Below are positions 58,301-64,000 of a stretch of 64,000 nucleotides of DNA, in pieces. The position numbers and the translations under genes are program-made. Each line of letters opens with the position of its first letter. Within the stretch, counting starts at the first letter, position 1. The stretch comes from Lingula anatina. Its lineage: Eukaryota; Animalia; Brachiopoda. A model generated the notes under the pieces. The model saw only the letters and a list, made by a program, of their open reading frames with translations, had not been told where the DNA came from and ran no database searches. The stretch covers positions 2,914,001 through 2,978,000 of the forward strand of contig CM120645.1 in NCBI GenBank assembly GCA_051362555.1. The letters are read 5' to 3'.

Positions 58301-60726
58301 TTTATCCTGATTCATCAAATGATTATGACAAAAATCATCATTCTTCATCCATTTCTTAATCTCAAATAAAAGTCCCTTGGCAATTTTCACAGATGAACTG
58401 TGGTAATTTACATAGTCCAATAAGTAGGACACACACAAATGGGTCAAAATATGCAATCTACATGGCTTTGTCTGCTCCGAGAGTTCTTAAATAAGGACAA
58501 AAAAATGGCAGTGAAATTCATAACATTATTGCAGCAATCACCAAAAAGGCATAATTTAACAGCCTGTTTCAGAAATAATAAGAAACCCATCAGCTGTTGT
58601 TCAATAGTTTAGATACTTTGTATCAAATGTGGCAAGTGACAATAATGTCATATAAAACCCTGTTTGGTCTCCGCCGGTAATTCAGCAACAATGTACTTGT
58701 CCTATTTTCAGTAACAGTTATTTCATTTTTTTCTATATCTGGTTATTTTAATTTTGGACATGATCATCAGTCCACAACCCTGTCATTCTCAAAGTTCAGT
58801 CATTATCCAGTCATTTTCTGTTGTCTCAATTGGCAGTCCTTGGTCTGCATTTGGTGATGCCACAGCTATTGGTCAGTTGTTTCACTTTCCTTGACCACTT
58901 AGGCCATTTGTTGGTCAGTTTCTGCTCTGCATTTGATACCAATGTGGCCACAGCTGTCGTCCATAGTCCTGTCAGCACTTGGCGATGCCACTTTGGCAAC
59001 AGTTGTTGCTGGTCAACAGTTGATGATGCCATTCTGCCACCATAGCTGACCAGTGAACAATGATTCATTCCCATGAGCTGCCCTAATGTTGTCTAGTTTT
59101 ATCATACCGGATGTCCTCTTCAGTGCTGCTCCTCCTGTTTATAAGAACAGACATTTCCATTTTTAATAGATAATAGTTATTCCTCAAAATAGCTGTAATT
59201 CCACCGTTTTCAATACTGATAAACTACACACTTATTTGAGACTGATTTCATGCTATAAATTAGATCCCTATGCAGAGATTAAAAGAATATAAGTTATAAA
59301 CAAAATTCATACTTTTTTATCTTTCGAGCATTTTCCTGCTTTCACTCACAATTAAGCAGTTTGTCAATCAATTAATAAGCTTAAAACTTATGCAATATGC
59401 ATTTTCTCGCTCATCAACCTCTAAAGCCTTCTCTTAGAAGCTCAATTTTCTTTTATCATTAATAAAAACATTTTACCAAACAGATGCATTTTACAGTAAC
59501 CCATTACTTATATCTATAATTGTACTGACTAAACAAATGAAATGTCTTATAATTTCCAATGTTATGTTCCCAGTGGCATTTTGAAAAAAAAAAAAAAAAA
59601 CATTCACAGTCAAGTAATGATTAAAAAAAAATATTACCTCTTACATTTTGCCAGCCTAGCTTCAATCCCACCAGTATTCAAAGACTAGTAATAATCATCA
59701 TTCTTGATCTGAAAACATAATGAAAATCATGTTATGGCAGTAACCCACCAACTATTATAAAAATCAAATGCCACAGCTATGCTTGCCAACTTTAAATACT
59801 GCCAGTAAAGAACAGTAAGCAAAACATTTTGAAATAATTTACTTACCAATTATGTACAAAATTTGTAGGAAATTACCCTAACATAAAATCATGTCATACT
59901 TAATTCCGTTCAACAAGCACTTTTCAACCATTCAGAGAGAATAAATTGGCAATCTAGCAAATGTATCACGAAAGCCACTAAGTGAGGCCATTAACTTGAT
60001 TACTCTCATAACATCAATCCACACTCCCAATATTCAAGACAGTTTACAAACCCCAAAATTAAATAAATAGATAAATATCTGTATTCTTAACCATGGCCAA
60101 TATGTAACAGGGAGCCCCATCAGTGACTGATGAGAGCAATGAGCTCCTGTCTGCCATACATCACTGCCAACTGCATGCAGGAAGACCATGGTTATCAAAT
60201 ATACAGCTAACACTTATTGATTTTATGAGAAGGTCAGCAGGGAATATATCTGGGGTCTGAAGAAAAATGAGAGCTAAGGAAAGTATAGGGAGGGGAATGG
60301 GGTGAGAGAGGCCCTTATTTTTGTGAATTTATGAGAAGGCAAATAAGGCAGATATTTGGGCTTTAAAGGAAAGTGAAAGCAGTAGAGAAAGTAGGCAGCC
60401 AGAAGACAGATTATTAGCATTCAACTAGTGTAGAAAATGGGTGTTAAATTTCTTACTCTCTGTAGAAACTAGAGAGTTTTCAAAGAGGAAGCTCCAAAGC
60501 TTTGATAACCTCATTTTCTTGCATAATTAGTGATGTTGGACTGGCAATACCATTTCATATATATCTGTTATCAATTCAAGAAGAATCAAACCACACAGTG
60601 AATGTGTTTATATATAATTTAAGTGGGTGGAGATCAATCCTTACCTTAAAACTGCCATCACCATTGGCTACTAGTCATGATAAATGGCTGGATGTTGACT
60701 ATATCCACCCACAGTAGTCTGGGGTC

Positions 60727-60940
60727 TGGCAACAATGGTCAGTAGCTGGCATCACTGATCAGTAGCTTGGTACTAGCAGTAGCCGACATTATTTTCTGGT
60801 CACTAGCCCCATTGGTCAGTACTTGTACCCACTGGTCAATAGTTGGCATCACTGGTCAATAGATGGCACCAGTGGTCAACAGCAGCAGCTTGCATCTCTC
60901 TCTGGTCACTAGCAGCACCAGTCAGTAGCAAGCACCACTG
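60727..60940. repeat. Degenerate ~20-bp minisatellite (consensus ~ctggtcagtagctggcatca)
   Basis: Recurring tggtcag/tggtcaa/tggtcac followed by tag..tggca(t/c)ca units. Confidence 0.7.
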
Positions 60941-62939
60941 GGCATCTGTTGGTTCAATCTACAGGCACTTACACAGTACCACTTTTCTTAGAACTGACAC
61001 CACTATGTAGTAATTGCCCTTTCTGAATTCAATCACCAAGAGATTGGCTGTGTTTTGCACTTAGAAGACTGGTAGGTTTGGAACCAAGTATGGTTGACTG
61101 GTTTTAAGATGGAGAAAATACTGGGGTGCTTTATTAGGCGGAAAGCTTCTGTATCTTCAGAGGGTGGAATTGTGATTCTGCGGCTCCTGTCTGATGCTGT
61201 TGTAATTTCCCATTCAAATCACTCTATGAAGTCCAGGGGGGAGATTAGCACATAAAACACAGTCATTTTTCTTTCAAGATAACCACGCACAATTGAGCAC
61301 AAATCCCCAGCTTTCTGATGCGTTTTCAGCACTAGTGACGATATTGATGATGATTTAGTGAGGAAATCATCTTCACAGTTCAGATGGCATCATTTATGAG
61401 AAGGCTTATCGCAATCACCAAGTACCAAGCATCCATTCACCGAGAAGTGAAAAAAAAAATGGCAGCATCAACACAATTTCATCCCTCATAGAGGAAAACT
61501 TATAAAAGTGATGACATAACAATTCCCTTGGTGAGTATCTCGTTTTGTTTGTCTCTGATGGTGCCTGGGAAAGCTGGGCTCTTCAGGTGGTAAACCAGCT
61601 CTTGGGGAAAATCTTGTATTGATTTTCATAACGTGATAATTAACTTATTACAGCAGCACAGTAGATCCAGGTTTCCTTTGACTTTAACGACTCAATTTTG
61701 TCTGATTCTTGGAGCTCTGACTCCAAGGAAAGCCTGAATCACAAGCCAGCCATCTCCTGTTGCTGCAGGTCATATCAATGAATGAATAATCCAAACACAA
61801 TGCTCATATGACACATTTCAAATAGCATGGTTCTTCTACATATGGGGAATTGGGAACGCTCTGGTGAATGATGAAAAATATATAAACCTTTATGGATTTT
61901 GCTGAACCACTGCTCCGTGCTCACTCCTTCATTTTACACATTGCTGATGGGGAATTACACTTGAATGAATCTTTCCATCACCTCCTGAATCTTAATACCA
62001 GATCTGGAACATTTCTTGCAGTGAATCCGTCGAATGCTTTCTCTGGGACAGTGGACAATTTCCTCTTCCAAAACAGCGCTGATTTTTTTTCAGAGTGGAT
62101 AATTTTCAAAGTGAAGGCATTCTCATTCCTAACTGCAATACACATGAATGAATGCTTGAATTTTCCTCAGTGTCACTTTCTTGTAACTTAACTGTCCTCC
62201 ATAGATTATTATGCAACAGAATTTTCATCCAAACATACAGAAGAACAAATCCCAGCATTTTCCATCTCCAACTCTCTTTTCGGAAATAAAGCCTTCAAAT
62301 ATTTCATAAACTGCTAAGGTGACTCTTCATAATTTCTATTCTTTTGGTTGTATGCATCAAGTCTTAATTGAAATTTAGAATGACACAATACTGCATCACA
62401 TTCACATCTCCATCTTGTATTGTGGAAAAACAAGCACATTTTCTAAAATTGGCACATAAAAGGATATTTTCAATTGTTTTTCCTCCAAGGGGAATTTAAA
62501 TTTTAAGTCACCAAAAAATGCAGCACATCCTTTTCAAGAACTATTTTTTTAAACTGAATCTTGACATCCCTTCCCATATGAACAGTGAGAAATCCACCAA
62601 GTCCTTTCACAACAAATATTCAGGTGTACTCACTTTCCTTGCAGAGCAACTTTCCAAACAGGGGATTCTTGTGACAGTTCCAATAAACTCATTTTCACTT
62701 TACAGAGTCATCATGATGGAGAGAGCAAGTAGTGAAACTTCCTCTTTTCAAAAAAACACCAATTTGTACAAACACTTTGGCAGGTCCTAATGAATACTTT
62801 TTAAACGATATTCCTGGGCGTATTGTTCTTTGGGTTTTAACTTGAGATACAGAAAATTCCTCGAAAAAGATGATTGGCTGCTGCCATGTAGAAACAAAAC
62901 GCTGATCAACTGCCATGGAACTGGATTTTTTTTTTACTG

Positions 62940-62953
62940 GTTGCCATGGAAAC
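62940..62953. promoter_or_regulatory. RFX X-box-like motif
   Basis: GTTGCCATGGAAAC, with related ctgccatg units at 62881 and 62910. Confidence 0.35.
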
Positions 62954-63093
62954 ACTGAAGCATGCATGACCACAATGTTCACTATTCAAGCCAACACAGA
63001 CATCAAACTAAGAACTACTCCACAAGGAATAAAAAAAAAAAAAAACAAATTCAAAATAGAAGACAACTTGATAGATATCCACATGTAGAAAAA

Positions 63094-63999
63094 TTAAACT
63101 GTGCCTTTCACTACAACTATCACTAAGTGATCCTCATTCAAAGGTTTGCTTCCTAGTTTTGGTGCTCGTTTCCGCAGATACTGGTGTCCAAAATCACACG
63201 GTGGAAATGCGTGAAGCACTCCAGCCTCTTTCTCAGTTGGCTGGGAGGACGGCGGCAAAGCGACAACTCCAGCTGCCTCTTTTTGCTGCAAGTACGTCAC
63301 AAGATTTCTCAGAGGGCGCTGCTGAATAGATGGATCCTTTATCATCAAATTACTAGTTGGAACAGCAAGAAAGATACAGTAACCAGAAGATCCAGCGCCA
63401 CTGACACGTTTTCCCACTTCCTCAAGTTTGGTTTGGTCTAGACGTAAACGTTGAGTAATTCTCAGCATGTTAGCATCGCTGCTTGACGTGTCTTTCATCA
63501 GCACATCCGCCAGGGTCACATCGCCACTTACATGATATAAACGTGCGGGAAATGCACTGCTTTTCAACACTAAAGCTCCTGTCCATGCGCAGGATAATTT
63601 TTTCATGAGGTCAAGGATGTTTTCCACATGGTCTACTGTTGGGAATTCAGAGGTGGAAACATGTGCACTGGTTTCCTTATTGTATGATCTCTCTCTATCT
63701 CTCTCTCTTTCTCGGTCCCTTTCACGAATTTCTCCCTCGCTTCCAAACCGAGGTCTTTTGTTTGGTGAATAAGAGGGACGCTTGTTTGAATCTCTATCCC
63801 AGAAATCACTGTTTGGTGTCCTTGGTTTTCCTCCATAATGGTTTTGTTCTTCAGAGCGTCGATCAAATGATCTTTTGTTTCTGTTTTCATTCTCTCTGAA
63901 TCGATTATCTTCGTTATCCCTTTGATTATCCTGATTACGATACAGAGGTTCTTTTTCACGATTGCCACCGCCACCACGACGAGAATTATATGGGCGGTC
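63094..63999 (-). CDS. RBM15: RNA-binding protein 15 / spenito (Spen family), C-terminal 301 aa including SPOC domain; 5'-partial
   Basis: The frame stays open from the window edge (DRPYNSRRGGGG...RDRERERDRERS) to TAA at 63094. SPOC motifs WTGALVLKSSAF, LRITQRLRLDQTKLEEV, QRPLRNLVTYLQQKEAAGVVAL, LHAFPPC and HLVIVVVKG are of the RBM15/nito type. Confidence 0.93.
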   Translation of the reverse strand, partial: DRPYNSRRGGGGNREKEPLYRNQDNQRDNEDNRFRENENRNKRSFDRRSEEQNHYGGKPRTPNSDFWDRDSNKRPSYSPNKRPRFGSEGEIRERDRERERDRERSYNKETSAHVSTSEFPTVDHVENILDLMKKLSCAWTGALVLKSSAFPARLYHVSGDVTLADVLMKDTSSSDANMLRITQRLRLDQTKLEEVGKRVSGAGSSGYCIFLAVPTSNLMIKDPSIQQRPLRNLVTYLQQKEAAGVVALPPSSQPTEKEAGVLHAFPPCDFGHQYLRKRAPKLGSKPLNEDHLVIVVVKGTV

Positions 64000-64000
64000 T

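Noticed and set aside
59019-61472. 14/15 complementarity between 59019-59033 and 61458-61472
   Set aside because: About what chance would give across several kb; no extension seen.
63633-63977. 114-aa minus-strand ORF and 63639-63899 plus-strand ORF
   Set aside because: Alternative frames over the RBM15 CDS, whose true frame is open from the window edge to 63094.

Overview
AT-rich, intron-rich animal genomic DNA, probably lophotrochozoan/molluscan (inferred from the Helentron-type repeats and gene content). A class-A plexin gene on the + strand dominates the window. I reconstructed 28 GT-AG coding exons (17425..49257) that join with consistent phases into 1444 aa plus stop: PSI/IPT ectodomain, TM helix and split GAP domain with RBD. 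The Sema-domain exons lie upstream of the window. The 3' part of an RBM15/spenito gene (R/D/E-rich linker plus SPOC domain) enters from the right edge on the - strand, convergent with the plexin. The first 7.7 kb is a three-level nest of non-autonomous DNA transposons inside a (CA)n microsatellite. The most interesting signal is a set of frame-preserving phase-1 cassette/micro-exon candidates in the intron that splits the plexin juxtamembrane coiled coil, one of which is a diverged copy of the next exon's helix. Also notable are B-class-like features on an A-class plexin (RRKR convertase site, C-terminal PDZ-type motif), structured elements in the putative 3' UTR, and a 29-bp palindrome with a 7-bp TSD resembling a P-element excision footprint. 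All calls were made by eye, with no database search.
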